Positions 18,136-27,986 of a stretch of 64,000 nucleotides of DNA are shown here, in pieces. Numbering within the stretch: the stretch's first letter is position 1; each line of letters begins with the position of its first letter. A program made the translations under genes and the position numbers. Where the stretch lies: positions 12,399 to 76,398 of the forward strand of contig JAFXTS010000011.1 of NCBI GenBank assembly GCA_017535665.1, given 5' to 3'. Source of the DNA: Bacteroidales bacterium (lineage in GTDB: Bacteria > Bacteroidota > Bacteroidia > Bacteroidales > WCHB1-69). The notes under the pieces are model-generated. The model saw only the letters and a list, made by a program, of their open reading frames with translations, was not told where the DNA came from and made no database searches.

Positions 18136-19227
18136 ATGAAAAAGTTAGTTTTATCTCTGGCAATGTTGATGGCCGCTTTTTGCGTCATGGCCCAGCCGAA
18201 AATTGAATTTGAAAACAAGACGCACGACTTTGGCAGCATCCATGAGGAGGGCGGAAAGGTTACCGCACGCTTCATCCTCAAGAATGTGGGTACAGAAGAC
18301 TTGGTTCTCACTAACGTGAAGCCCGGTTGCGGATGCACCGCTGCCAACTATACCCGTGAGCCCATCGCTCCCGGTCAGACCGGTTTTATCGATGCCACCT
18401 ACGACCCGTGGAATCGTCCCGGCAATTTCAACAAGAATATCAAAGTCAGCACCAACGAACCTGACCAGACAACTCCCTACATCATTTTTATCAAGGGTAA
18501 CGTCATCAAACGTCCCCCGACAAAGTATGAACTCGCTGGTTACAAGGCTGGTAAGGGTGAAGTGAGACTGAAAGAATACTCCGTCAGTGTCAACATCACC
18601 AACACGCAGGTTCATCTGGATACCCTCTGGATCCGTAACTTCTTTGAAGATGGTCGCAAGATTTCCGTCCAGACTGAACTTCCCGCTTACATTCAGGAAG
18701 TTAACCGCAGCTTTGGACAGGAGATTCGCGCCGGCGAGGAAGGCTACATCGTGCTGAAATATGATGGCAACCTCCGCAACGGCTGGGGTACCCTGAAAGA
18801 TAGAATCGCCATCATCACCAATGATACGATCGAGGCTAAAAAGTATGTCCACTATTCCGTTAAGATTTCTGAGGACTTCTCCACTATGTCTCAGAAAGAG
18901 TTGGATAGAGCTCCCAAAGTTGTGTACGACAAGACCGTGTTCAGATTCGATACCATCGCTCAAAAACAGGTGGCTAACGATGTGATCACCATCACCAATA
19001 CGGGTAAAACTACGCTCATCATCCGCAAAATTGATACCTACAACCTGCCCGCCCTTAGCTACAAGATGTCTAGCATGACCATCGAACCGGGCCAGTCGGC
19101 CACGATGGAACTGACCTACAAGGCACAGAGTTGTAGAGGTAAACAGAACAGCAATTTCGAGGTGATTACCAACAGCCCGACAAATCCGGTGCAAATCATT
19201 AAAGTTGAGGGATTTATCAAACAATAA
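18136..19227 (+). CDS. DUF1573 domain protein (three-domain, secreted)
   Basis: Signal peptide, plus the hallmark FDFG..........F.L.N.G...L.I..V...CGCT (here HDFGSIHEEG...LKNVGTEDLVLTNVKPGCGCT). Confidence 0.85.
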   Translation: MKKLVLSLAMLMAAFCVMAQPKIEFENKTHDFGSIHEEGGKVTARFILKNVGTEDLVLTNVKPGCGCTAANYTREPIAPGQTGFIDATYDPWNRPGNFNKNIKVSTNEPDQTTPYIIFIKGNVIKRPPTKYELAGYKAGKGEVRLKEYSVSVNITNTQVHLDTLWIRNFFEDGRKISVQTELPAYIQEVNRSFGQEIRAGEEGYIVLKYDGNLRNGWGTLKDRIAIITNDTIEAKKYVHYSVKISEDFSTMSQKELDRAPKVVYDKTVFRFDTIAQKQVANDVITITNTGKTTLIIRKIDTYNLPALSYKMSSMTIEPGQSATMELTYKAQSCRGKQNSNFEVITNSPTNPVQIIKVEGFIKQ

Positions 19228-19230
19228 AAA

Positions 19231-20235
19231 ATGAGAAAATTTGTTTTCACCGCCATCGCGGTTATGGCAATCCTTGCCACTTCTTGCGTTACCAAACAAA
19301 AGTATCTGGAACTGGAAGGCAAGTATAAGGAATGTATGGAGGATAAGCGTTTCTCCGATACTGAACTCGCTGATTGTCAGAATAAAAATAAGGATTTGGA
19401 TCGACAGGTCAACTCACTTCAGACGAAGGTGGATCAGTTGAAACAAGATACCCTCGACCTGAGTCGCAAATTGGCGCAAACCGAAGCCGAATATGCCAAA
19501 TCGCGTCACGACTACGACGAATTGGCCAAGGACATTAAGGAACTGACGAAAAGCAGTGGTGCCGCCATTACAGAGTTGTCCAGCAACCTCGACAGCGCCC
19601 AGATGCAGCTTCGTAATAAAGAGAAGGAATTGGAAAATCTGCAAAGCCGCCTCGAACGCCAGTCGGAAGAGCTCCAGGCCAAGCAGGATTCGCTGAACCA
19701 GTTTGCCAGCAGCCTCGCCGAGTTGCAGAAGATTCTCGACCAGAAAGATGCCGAAGTGCGCGCCCTGAAAGAGAAGGTGAGCAACGCCCTCAAGAACTTC
19801 GAGGGCAGCGGCCTCAAGGTGGAACAACGTAACGGCAAGGTGTATGTCTCTATGGATGAGAAACTGCTGTTTGCCTCTGCCCGCTGGGAAGTGCAAGGAG
19901 AAGGTAAAGAGGCCCTCAAAGAGTTGGCCAAAGTGCTTGAGGCTGACAACAGCATCAACGTGCTCATCGAAGGCCACACCGACAACCTCCGCTACAACGG
20001 CAGCGGCCAGGTGAAGGACAACTGGGATTTGAGCGTGATGCGCGCCACTTCCGTAGTGAAACTCATCCTTTCTTACGGCGACATCGACCCGCAGAGAGTG
20101 TCAGCCTCCGGCCGTGGTGAGTATTTCCCCATCGACCCCGCCGACACGCCGGAAGCCCGCGCCAAGAATCGCCGTACCGAGATTATTCTCACCCCCAAGC
20201 TCGACGAGCTTTTCCAAATCATCGACAACAACTAA
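19231..20235 (+). CDS. OmpA/MotB-family lipoprotein with long coiled coil
   Basis: Lipobox ILATSC and a heptad-rich central region. C-terminal OmpA-like motifs IEGHTDN...NWDLSVMRATSV...NRRTEIIL. Confidence 0.85.
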   Translation: MRKFVFTAIAVMAILATSCVTKQKYLELEGKYKECMEDKRFSDTELADCQNKNKDLDRQVNSLQTKVDQLKQDTLDLSRKLAQTEAEYAKSRHDYDELAKDIKELTKSSGAAITELSSNLDSAQMQLRNKEKELENLQSRLERQSEELQAKQDSLNQFASSLAELQKILDQKDAEVRALKEKVSNALKNFEGSGLKVEQRNGKVYVSMDEKLLFASARWEVQGEGKEALKELAKVLEADNSINVLIEGHTDNLRYNGSGQVKDNWDLSVMRATSVVKLILSYGDIDPQRVSASGRGEYFPIDPADTPEARAKNRRTEIILTPKLDELFQIIDNN

Positions 20236-20242
20236 TCGCATA

Positions 20243-20271
20243 GGGGAAGCCAATCGCTTCCCCTTCTTTTT
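20243..20271 (+). terminator. Rho-independent terminator after the OmpA-family gene
   Basis: GGGGAAGC-caatc-GCTTCCCC followed by TTCTTTTT. Confidence 0.6.
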
Positions 20272-20279
20272 CCCAAAAA

Positions 20280-21317
20280 ATGATGTTTACAGAACGCCTG
20301 CTCGACTGGTTCGACACCCACAAGCGCGATTTGCCGTGGCGCGGCGAAACCGACCCTTACCGCATCTGGATCTCGGAGGTGATTCTGCAACAAACCCGTG
20401 TGGTGCAGGGCATGGACTACTATCGCCGGTTTCTGGAGGCATTCCCCACCTGCGCCGCCCTTGCCGCCGCCCCCGAGGCAGAGGTGCTGAAGGTGTGGCA
20501 AGGACTGGGCTACTACAGCCGCGCCCGCAACCTCCATGCCGCCGCCCGCCAGATTATGGCCGACCATGGCGGGACGTTTCCTTCCGACTATCCGTCCATC
20601 AGAAACCTGAAGGGCGTGGGCGACTATACCGCTGCGGCCATCGCCTCCATCGCCTTCGGGCTGCCCCATCCCGCCGTGGATGGCAACGTGCTGCGCTTCG
20701 TGGCACGCTACCAGGGCATCTTCGACAATATCGCCGCCCCCGCCACCCGCAAGCTCGTGGAAACCACCTGCCAGAAGTGGATTCCCAATGACCGCCCGGG
20801 CGACTTCAACCAGGCCATGATGGAAATGGGCGCCATGATGTGCACCCCCAAAAATCCTGACTGCCCAACGTGTCCCTTCGCGTCAGAGTGCTACGCCTTT
20901 CAGCACCAGCAGGTGGAACAACTCCCTGTCAAACAGAAAACGGTCACGGTGAAGAACCGCTACTTCCATTACCTCATCTTTCTCCACAACGATCAAACGA
21001 TCCTGCAACGGCGGGCGGAGAATGATATCTGGCGCGAGCTGTACGAATTTCCACTTGTAGAACTCGATGGAGAGCAGTTTGATATTATTAATTATTTGAA
21101 TGATAATAAAATAGAATATACGGAAGAACCCCGTCTGGTGTGGCAAACGCAGCATCAGCTCACCCACCGCAGAATCTTCGCCTACTTCTATGTGGTGAGT
21201 GTGAAATGCCTGCCGCCACTGTCAGAACACCAGCAGATCGTGCCGGTTGGCCGTCTCCGCGACTATGCGGTGGCGAAAGTGACCGAGCGGGCCATCCAGC
21301 GCGTTTTTCAGCAATAA
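20280..21317 (+). CDS. mutY: A/G-specific adenine DNA glycosylase
   Basis: HhH-GPD blocks (PYRIWISEVILQQTRV, GLGYYSRARNL, KGVGDYTAAAI), 4Fe-4S cluster loop C.......C..C.....C and a NUDIX-like C-terminal domain. Confidence 0.9.
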   Translation: MMFTERLLDWFDTHKRDLPWRGETDPYRIWISEVILQQTRVVQGMDYYRRFLEAFPTCAALAAAPEAEVLKVWQGLGYYSRARNLHAAARQIMADHGGTFPSDYPSIRNLKGVGDYTAAAIASIAFGLPHPAVDGNVLRFVARYQGIFDNIAAPATRKLVETTCQKWIPNDRPGDFNQAMMEMGAMMCTPKNPDCPTCPFASECYAFQHQQVEQLPVKQKTVTVKNRYFHYLIFLHNDQTILQRRAENDIWRELYEFPLVELDGEQFDIINYLNDNKIEYTEEPRLVWQTQHQLTHRRIFAYFYVVSVKCLPPLSEHQQIVPVGRLRDYAVAKVTERAIQRVFQQ

Positions 21318-21347
21318 AAAAGGCGCAGTGAAAACTGCGCCTTTTTT
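21317..21347. terminator. bidirectional hairpin terminator between mutY and the convergent lipoprotein gene
   Basis: AAAAA-GGCGCAGT-gaaa-ACTGCGCC-TTTTTT. Confidence 0.7.
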
Positions 21348-21364
21348 GTGTTTGTCTCGGATGC

Positions 21365-21580
21365 TTATTTGCATTCAACACCAGATTTGCCGTTACCATC
21401 GTCATAAATGGCGGTAGTGGCATAGTCTGAACATTTTTTGTCAGAATCTTTGTCGATGGTGTAGGTCTGGGTGGCAGTAACTTTGCCATTGTTGTACCAT
21501 TTGCAGGTGCATTTCTTGTCGCAAGAAGCGAAACCGAAAACAAAGGCCATAGCGGCGAATGCTACAAATACTTTCTTCAT
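21365..21580 (-). CDS. small Cys-rich lipoprotein (71 aa)
   Basis: MKKVFVAFAAMAFVFGFASC signal with lipobox, and 4 further Cys. A TATCTTTG -7 box lies upstream on the minus strand at 21626-21633. It resembles 1724..1945. Confidence 0.55.
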   Translation of the reverse strand: MKKVFVAFAAMAFVFGFASCDKKCTCKWYNNGKVTATQTYTIDKDSDKKCSDYATTAIYDDGNGKSGVECK

Positions 21581-21687
21581 AATACTTTAATTTTTAATAG
21601 GTTATGAAATGATATTTTATGGGTGCAAAGATAGGATATTTTTCAATATAAGAACATGATGGGTAGTTAAAAAATGTTAATGTCTGT

Positions 21688-22371
21688 TTACCAGCATCCT
21701 CCTTCAATCACTTGGTTGATGAAATCGTTGACGGGTTTGGCCTCGCGGAAGCGTTCCACCACAAATTTCAAAAGACGCTGTTCATCGCCCAAAACCATTT
21801 CGTCGGGGAGCTCAGCAGCGATAGTGAAAGTCTTGAGTTTCAAGAACTCCGCATTGGGATCGTCTTCCGGAAAACCGTTGGGAACATGCTTATATTTAGC
21901 ATTGTCGTTCCAGTGATAATGTTGGGCGCAAGCGGCCGCTGCTTGGCGGAAAAGCTCCCCTTCGTTGAAGATTCTGTCGCGGATGGCGATGGCCAACGAC
22001 GGGGTGGGATTGTACAACCCGGCCGCCAACATATTGCCAAATGAGTAATCTTCTGATTCTGAAGGCTCCAGATGAAAATAGTAGCCTGCATATCCCGATT
22101 TTTTGCCATGCGGACAAAGATAGGCTCCGATGTGGGTTTTGTAGGGGATTTTCTCTTTCGAGAAACGCATATCCTTGTAAATCCGATAGGTACAGTCTTT
22201 CACGGTCAGGTCGCGGATGGAGGGATCAAATTTTCCGACCTCCGCAATCAGCTGTTCGGCAAACTGGTTGAAATGGGTCTGTGCGGCCACATATTCCTGT
22301 TTGTGTTCCATGAACCACTCGCGGTCGTTGTGGCGCATCAGCTGGTCTAAAAATCTCAGAATTTCCTGCAT
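21688..22371 (-). CDS. DUF2461 (TIGR02453) family protein
   Basis: N-terminal FL..L..NN.REWF...K..Y pattern (FLDQLMRHNDREWFMEHKQEY) and the typical length of about 225 aa. Confidence 0.7.
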   Translation of the reverse strand: MQEILRFLDQLMRHNDREWFMEHKQEYVAAQTHFNQFAEQLIAEVGKFDPSIRDLTVKDCTYRIYKDMRFSKEKIPYKTHIGAYLCPHGKKSGYAGYYFHLEPSESEDYSFGNMLAAGLYNPTPSLAIAIRDRIFNEGELFRQAAAACAQHYHWNDNAKYKHVPNGFPEDDPNAEFLKLKTFTIAAELPDEMVLGDEQRLLKFVVERFREAKPVNDFINQVIEGGCW

Positions 22372-22389
22372 TATTTTTATTGATTTGTA

Positions 22390-22427
22390 GAGACGTTTCG
22401 TGAAACGTCTCCATGTGAAACGTCTCC
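22390..22427. repeat. GAGACG-type REP-like hairpin with an extra right arm
   Basis: GAGACGTTTC-gt-GAAACGTCTC, followed by a second copy of gtgaaacgtctcc. Confidence 0.7.
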
Positions 22428-22441
22428 AATAATATTTATTT

Positions 22442-23119
22442 TTAATTGGTTTGTTCCCAATGTATTGGTGTCAGTCCGTTCTGTTGAAGAATTTGGTTAG
22501 TTTTCGAGAAATGTCTGCAGCCGAAAAATCCGCGGTAGGCGGAGAGGGGAGAGGGGTGCGGGGCGGTGAGCACGTAGTGTTTGGAGGTATCGATCAGTTG
22601 GATTTTGGCCTGTGCGTACGAGCCCCAAAGGAGGAACACGATGCCGCTGCGTTTCTCGGAGAGGCGGGCGATAGCGGCGTCGGTGAAGGTCTCCCAGCCG
22701 TGTCGCTGGTGCGAGCCGGCCTGGTGCGCCCGTACCGTCAGAGTGGCGTTGAGCAGCAGCACGCCCTGCCGCGCCCAGCCGTCGAGGTTGCCGGTCATGG
22801 GGATGGGCATCCCGATGTCGGTATGCAACTCCTGGAAGATGTTGACCAGCGAGGGCGGGAACTTCGTGCCGGGTTGCACCGAGAAACAGAGTCCGTGGGC
22901 CTGCCCCGGCTCGTGGTACGGGTCCTGCCCGAGAATCACCACCTTCACCTTGTCGAACGGCGTGAGGTTGAAGGCGTTGAAAATCTGCGGACCGGGCGGA
23001 TAGACGGGAAACTGCTGTTTCTCCGCTACTAAGAAGCGCTTCAGCTCCTCAAAGTAGGGCGAGGCAAACTGATCGGCCAGCTCGCGTTTCCAAGATTCTT
23101 CAATGACAGGATTGACCAT
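22442..23119 (-). CDS. ung: uracil-DNA glycosylase
   Basis: Motifs [27 protein letters not shown] and HPSPLSA. The start is set at [11 protein letters not shown], and the longer ORF start runs into repeat DNA. Confidence 0.92.
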   Translation of the reverse strand: MVNPVIEESWKRELADQFASPYFEELKRFLVAEKQQFPVYPPGPQIFNAFNLTPFDKVKVVILGQDPYHEPGQAHGLCFSVQPGTKFPPSLVNIFQELHTDIGMPIPMTGNLDGWARQGVLLLNATLTVRAHQAGSHQRHGWETFTDAAIARLSEKRSGIVFLLWGSYAQAKIQLIDTSKHYVLTAPHPSPLSAYRGFFGCRHFSKTNQILQQNGLTPIHWEQTN

Positions 23120-23120
23120 A

Positions 23121-23152
23121 GGGTTGGGTTGTTGATTTGTTGATTTGTTGAA
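23121..23152. repeat. CA-rich leader repeat (mRNA sense CAACAAATCAACAAATCAACAACCCAACCC directly before the ung ATG)
   Basis: The plus strand reads gggttgggttgttgatttgttgatttgttgaa. The same TTGTTGATTTGTT unit is repeated at 52605-52664 before ridA. Confidence 0.7.
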
Positions 23153-23153
23153 G

Positions 23154-23181
23154 GTAGAGACGTTGCGCGCAACGTCTCTAC
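23154..23181. repeat. perfect 28-nt palindrome of the GAGACG REP-like class
   Basis: GTAGAGACGTTGCG/CGCAACGTCTCTAC. Confidence 0.85.
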
Positions 23182-23187
23182 GTTTCA

Positions 23188-23215
23188 TTTTTCAATTTTC
23201 AATTCTCAATTCTCC
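23188..23215. repeat. heptamer tandem array (TTTTCAA/TTCTCAA)
   Basis: tttttcaattttcaattctcaattctcc overlaps the stop codon of the nucleoside permease gene. Confidence 0.75.
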
Positions 23216-24561
23216 GTTCTCGTATGTTTGTACTTGAAGAAGATGGCGAAGAGTACGGCGACCACCAAGGAGTAGCCGGCGAAGATGAACCACACGGCCG
23301 GCCAGCCGCCGGTGCCATCGATGCCAACAAGAAGTCCTGCCTCGTTCCAGTTGCAGAACTGGTTCACGATGGCCTGCGCGCCTAAGGTGCCGATGGTGGC
23401 ACCGAAACCGTTGGTCATCATCATGAACAATCCCTGTGTCGACGAGCGGATGCTCGGGTCGGTCTCTTGGTTCACAAACAGCGAGCCGGAGATGTTGTAA
23501 AAGTCAAAGGCAAAGCCATATACAATCATGGAGAGGATGATGGCCCATACCATGCTGCCCGTGTCGCCGATGCCGAAAAGCCCGAAACGGAAGAACCAGG
23601 CAATCATGGCCATCAGCATTACTTTCTTGATGCCGAAACGCTTGAGGAAGAAGGGGATGAGCAAAATACAGAGGGTTTCGGCAATCTGTGAGATGGAGTA
23701 GATGATGACGGAATATTTCACGCCGAAGGTGTCGGCGAAGGCAGGGTCAGCGGCGAAGGATGAGATGAACGGGGTGGCGAAGCCATTGGTGATTTGCAAG
23801 GCCGCTCCCAATAACATGGAGAAGATGAAGAAGATGGCCATTCTCTTCTGTTTGAAGAGCGAAAATGCCTGCAAGCCAAGAGCTTCCACAAAACTTTTCT
23901 TTTCTCCTTTGTTGATGGCGCATTTCGGTAAGGTAAAAGCGTAAAATCCCAACAGGATGCCCAAAATACCACTCAGCATGAACTGAAACGGGGTGTTGGA
24001 GGCCTGTATCGTCATGCCCGCGTCGTGCTGCGCCCACAGAAAGTCGGCAGGGTTCGACAGACAGGAGGACAAGAAATTGTCGGAAAAATGCACGAGGTCA
24101 ACCAGCCACATGGCGCAAATGAACCCGATGGTGCCGAACACGCGGATGGGTGGGAAATCTTTCACAGTATCCAAGCCGCCATTCTCCAACGCATTGTACG
24201 CCACTGAGTTAGATAATGCGATGGTGGGCATATAAAACGCCACACTGATGGAATAGAGGGTGAACAGCCCGATAAAGTTGGGGTTGGGATTGGCCAGTCC
24301 GTAGAAACAAGCGGCAATCATGGCGCCTCCTGCCAAAACATGGCAGATGCCGAGCGTCTTCTGCGCCTGAATCCAGCGGTCGGCAATGATGCCCATCAGG
24401 GCGGGCATGAACAGCGAAACGATGCCCTGCATGGCATAGAACAAGCCGATGTCACTTCCTAATCCGCATTTGCCCAAGTACTTACCCATACAGGTCAAGT
24501 AAGCTCCCCACACAGCATACTGCAGGAAGTTCATCACAATCAGTCTGAATTTTAGTTTCAT
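23206..24561 (-). CDS. MFS nucleoside:H+ symporter (NupG/XapB-like)
   Basis: Twelve TM helices. The N-terminus MKLKFRLIVMNFLQYAVWGAYLT is typical of the nucleoside permease family. Confidence 0.75.
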   Translation of the reverse strand: MKLKFRLIVMNFLQYAVWGAYLTCMGKYLGKCGLGSDIGLFYAMQGIVSLFMPALMGIIADRWIQAQKTLGICHVLAGGAMIAACFYGLANPNPNFIGLFTLYSISVAFYMPTIALSNSVAYNALENGGLDTVKDFPPIRVFGTIGFICAMWLVDLVHFSDNFLSSCLSNPADFLWAQHDAGMTIQASNTPFQFMLSGILGILLGFYAFTLPKCAINKGEKKSFVEALGLQAFSLFKQKRMAIFFIFSMLLGAALQITNGFATPFISSFAADPAFADTFGVKYSVIIYSISQIAETLCILLIPFFLKRFGIKKVMLMAMIAWFFRFGLFGIGDTGSMVWAIILSMIVYGFAFDFYNISGSLFVNQETDPSIRSSTQGLFMMMTNGFGATIGTLGAQAIVNQFCNWNEAGLLVGIDGTGGWPAVWFIFAGYSLVVAVLFAIFFKYKHTRTEN

Positions 24562-24701
24562 ATTCTTCTATTTTAGTATTTTACTACCTAATAATCTTTT
24601 AGGATAAAAGTCCCAAATTGGATTTGCAAAAGTAATTAAAAATTTCAATTGTTTATTTTCTTATTTCAGTTTTTTTCCAATTGGGATTATATGAAAAGTA
24701 G

Positions 24702-24709
24702 TATTTTTG
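24702..24709 (+). promoter_or_regulatory. -7 promoter box TATTTTTG
   Basis: TAnnTTTG match 28 nt upstream of the ATG at 24737. Confidence 0.5.
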
Positions 24710-24736
24710 CCCTGTTTTAAATTATTAATTATTATT

Positions 24737-25417
24737 ATGAAAAAGATAATGATGGCAATGGTACTCAGCCTTTTGTGTACTTTCGGCGCTTTTGCGCAAA
24801 ACTATTCTACCGTTCCTGTAGCGCTGCAAAACGGCGTGCTTGTGGTAAATGGGGTCAACCAGCTTTCAGTGCCCAACTACGACCCCAGCGAAGTTCAGTT
24901 GGAGCCGATGTCAGGCTTTGTGGCGGTTCCGAGCACCGACCAGATGTACACAACTGCAGAGTATGCCACTCTTGATGCGGTGTGGAACGCCTGCCAAACA
25001 TCGGCCGTGTGGTCCAGCAATATGGTTACACTCGACACTTATTCAAGTGGTGGCCTCAACAATGGATTTGTGGCTTTGAAGTTCGCTGGTCAGCCCTATT
25101 CTTATGGCTATGCGAAATTCGACAAGACCGTTTCAGGTGGATGGATCGAGTTCGGCTACTTCACCACGGGTTCAGGAATCGTTGAAACAAGCAAGTGCAT
25201 CACAGTGCGCCCCGTTCCTGCTCAGGATGTGCTTACCATCGACAATGCCGAGGGTTCACAGGTGATGATTTGCAACTTGAACGGACAGAGTGTCCTTAGC
25301 ATCCCTATGGCCAGTGCCAACGAAATAATTGACGTATCTGGTTTGTCATCAGGAGTTTACTTCGTAAAGGTGGTGAACGGCAGTGCTGTCAGCATGGTGA
25401 AGTTCGTTAAGGAATAA
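24737..25417 (+). CDS. small secreted protein with a T9SS type-A C-terminal sorting domain
   Basis: Signal peptide MKKIMMAMVLSLLCTFGAFAQ. The C-terminal domain reads VRPVPAQDVLTIDNAEGSQVMICNLNGQSVL...LSSGVYFVKVVNGSAVSMVKFVKE. Confidence 0.8.
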   Translation: MKKIMMAMVLSLLCTFGAFAQNYSTVPVALQNGVLVVNGVNQLSVPNYDPSEVQLEPMSGFVAVPSTDQMYTTAEYATLDAVWNACQTSAVWSSNMVTLDTYSSGGLNNGFVALKFAGQPYSYGYAKFDKTVSGGWIEFGYFTTGSGIVETSKCITVRPVPAQDVLTIDNAEGSQVMICNLNGQSVLSIPMASANEIIDVSGLSSGVYFVKVVNGSAVSMVKFVKE

Positions 25418-25476
25418 TTCCCCAAAGTGGAAATTTGGGGCTGATGGATGCGGGGAGGTTATAGCATGGCTATTTT

Positions 25477-27930
25477 CTACTCCCCGGGCTGTCCCATCCC
25501 CATGCCGCCGCCTTGACTGGCTCTGCTCTCCAACTCCATCTTTCCGAAACGGAACGTGATGCCGGCGCTGATGGTGCGACTGACATATTTGGAGTTTGAA
25601 AAACTCTGGTAGTACGGATTCCTGTTCTCGTTCTTGTCGGCGTTCCAGTTGAAAATGTCGTTCACATTCAGATGCACCGAAATCTTGCGGTCGAGGAAGT
25701 CGGCACGCAAACCGCAGTTGATGCCATAGCGCGGCTTTGTAACAAAGAACAAACTGACACTCTTGGAGTTATAGTATGCCGTGGCGTGAACTTCCAACAC
25801 TTTCCACAACTTCGCCCAAAAATTGAGGCGGAAGCTGTAGCCGAGGTTGGCCACCTTGGTCGGCTCGGTGCCATTCCGGAAATTGAACTCCGATTTGCTA
25901 TAATAGACACTCCCGTAAAAGCGGATGTTCATGAATTCCTTCAGCCGATAGGTCACATTCACCTCCCCTCCTGTGTTCATCGACTTGCCCACATTCAGCG
26001 GATAAGAGAAGGTGACAATACGCCCGAAAACATCACTGTAGGCCACATCGGTCAACGAACTGATCTCATCGTTGGAATGTTTGTAGTAAGCACTGATGCC
26101 CACCGAACCGAATTTCTGGAAATACTTGGTCCAGCCCGCCTCCACCGAATGGGTGAAGGTCTGCCTCAGGTCGGGGTTGCCCGTACTGAAAGCGTCTTCC
26201 GTATAACTAATGAACGTGCTGAGTTGGCTGGAACTCGGATTCTGCACCCGCCGTGTGTAACTCAAGTTGAAGTTGTGCATCGACTCGGTGCGATAACTTA
26301 GGTGCAGTGAGGGATACAGACTCCAATAGGTCTTTTTCACATTGTCGGCCGGCGAGTTGAGAATGCGGTAATCGAAACCATCATATTCGCTGCGAAGACC
26401 ACCTTTCAAAGTGAAATTGCCGAACTTGTGCTGGAGGGTGGCATAGGCAGAGAAACTATAATCACGATCTTCGGACTCTTTCAACCTCAACGAATCAATC
26501 TGGTAGGTGGCGAGGGTGCCCGCTAATAGTGTGTCTTCTCGGCTTAAAGAAGACCAATAGGAATAGGAACCAGTGACCCCTACCGAAAGCTCGCCATTTT
26601 TATGGTACGGATAGGTGTAATCCACACTACCATAAGTGCTTCCACCCTGGCTACCCCCTACCGATTTCTTGTCACGGCTCAGGTAGGGATGCGTGGCATA
26701 ATCTCGGATGAAGGAACTATTGCTTTTGTGATAATGCATGCTACCCCCAATGTCGGCACTGATTTTGTGTCCCTCTTTTGGAAATAAATGTTCGTAATAC
26801 ATCCCAGCATATCCGCCACCGCTCAAAATCCGATAGCCATCATCCGTTTTGTAGAAGTAATCATCGGGATGATACAGATACTCGGAACGAAAAGTATAAC
26901 TTTGGCCAAATGATTTGCCCCACGACGGGTATCCGCCTGCCCAGAAGCTGATGCTGTTCAAGGAGTCGAACTGATAATCGCCATTGAAGTACAATCCTCC
27001 CCACAACGAATGGCTGCGTTGCAAGCTGGACCCACACGCCACGGAGGAGGTGTCCATCTGTTCATTGAAACGGGTAGCCATCTCAATCGTGTTCGTCTTA
27101 TAAAACGAATAGTGGGTGGTGATGTAGAAATTGAGTGACAACTTTTCATTACTCCAAACGTATGATAGCCACGGACTTATATCGGGCATCGAGGAACCGT
27201 AAAGCCCAAAGCTGACGAAACTGTTTTTCTTGATTTTGGAGGTGGTGATAATGTTGATGATGCCACCGGTTCCTTTGGCGCTGTACCGTGCCGACGGGTT
27301 GGTGATGACCTCAATCCGCTCCAGCGCATTGGCAGGTAGCTGCTGGATGAAGGTTTTCAGTCCCTCTTCGTTGAGGCGCGACGGCTTGTCGTTGATCCAT
27401 ATCTCCACAGAGGACACCCCCCGGAGGGTGATGTTGCCTTCCACATCCACCTCCACGCCTGGCGCATTTTGGAGGGCATCGGAGGTGGTACCCGTCTGCA
27501 CCGACGGGTCTTCCGACACATTGTAGAGCGTCTTCTCCCCATCTACCATATACACGGGCTTGGAAGCCACTACCGACACTCCTTCGATGGCAGTACTTAT
27601 ATTTTTCATGCCAATAGTGCCAAGATCCACAGTGGCCGTACCCTCCGGCACTGTAACGGAAAGTTCCAGCGTTTCGTAGCCCACCAGCGAGGCTCTTAGC
27701 AGGTAACTGCCCGCCCGTACACGGGAGATGGTGAAACTGCCATCCGCCTCGGTGAAGGCTACCCCCTCTTCCTGCATGGTAGAGTCGGCAGTCACAAGCC
27801 CCACGCTGACATAAAACAGCTTGTCCCTGTTTAAACTGTCCACAAGTGTTCCTTTGACCGTGGACTGCGCCATTAACGCACTATAAATCAGTGTAAAAGT
27901 TAAAATAAAGATAAAACGCAATCGTGCCAT
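25477..27930 (-). CDS. TonB-dependent-receptor-like outer-membrane barrel with N-terminal carboxypeptidase-regulatory-like domain (copy 1)
   Basis: Signal peptide, a CarbopepD_reg-like domain (VKGTLVDSLN...YLLRASLVGYETLE) and a plug-like block (DALQNAPGVEVDVEGNITLRGVSSVEIWINDKPS). A long beta-barrel ends in RFGK. It is about 80 percent identical by eye to 36669..39119. Confidence 0.8.
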   Translation of the reverse strand: MARLRFIFILTFTLIYSALMAQSTVKGTLVDSLNRDKLFYVSVGLVTADSTMQEEGVAFTEADGSFTISRVRAGSYLLRASLVGYETLELSVTVPEGTATVDLGTIGMKNISTAIEGVSVVASKPVYMVDGEKTLYNVSEDPSVQTGTTSDALQNAPGVEVDVEGNITLRGVSSVEIWINDKPSRLNEEGLKTFIQQLPANALERIEVITNPSARYSAKGTGGIINIITTSKIKKNSFVSFGLYGSSMPDISPWLSYVWSNEKLSLNFYITTHYSFYKTNTIEMATRFNEQMDTSSVACGSSLQRSHSLWGGLYFNGDYQFDSLNSISFWAGGYPSWGKSFGQSYTFRSEYLYHPDDYFYKTDDGYRILSGGGYAGMYYEHLFPKEGHKISADIGGSMHYHKSNSSFIRDYATHPYLSRDKKSVGGSQGGSTYGSVDYTYPYHKNGELSVGVTGSYSYWSSLSREDTLLAGTLATYQIDSLRLKESEDRDYSFSAYATLQHKFGNFTLKGGLRSEYDGFDYRILNSPADNVKKTYWSLYPSLHLSYRTESMHNFNLSYTRRVQNPSSSQLSTFISYTEDAFSTGNPDLRQTFTHSVEAGWTKYFQKFGSVGISAYYKHSNDEISSLTDVAYSDVFGRIVTFSYPLNVGKSMNTGGEVNVTYRLKEFMNIRFYGSVYYSKSEFNFRNGTEPTKVANLGYSFRLNFWAKLWKVLEVHATAYYNSKSVSLFFVTKPRYGINCGLRADFLDRKISVHLNVNDIFNWNADKNENRNPYYQSFSNSKYVSRTISAGITFRFGKMELESRASQGGGMGMGQPGE

Positions 27931-27986
27931 AATGGAATGGGATTTTAAGAATACTAACGAGATAACTAAAGTTTTTACAGAATATT

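Noticed and set aside
18151-19299. 382-aa ORF on the minus strand, antisense to the DUF1573 gene
   Set aside because: The plus-strand frame carries the DUF1573 hallmark (PGCGCT), a signal peptide and a promoter box. The antisense ORF has no motifs and a low-complexity, Gly/Val/Arg-biased composition typical of shadow ORFs in genes with GC-rich third positions.
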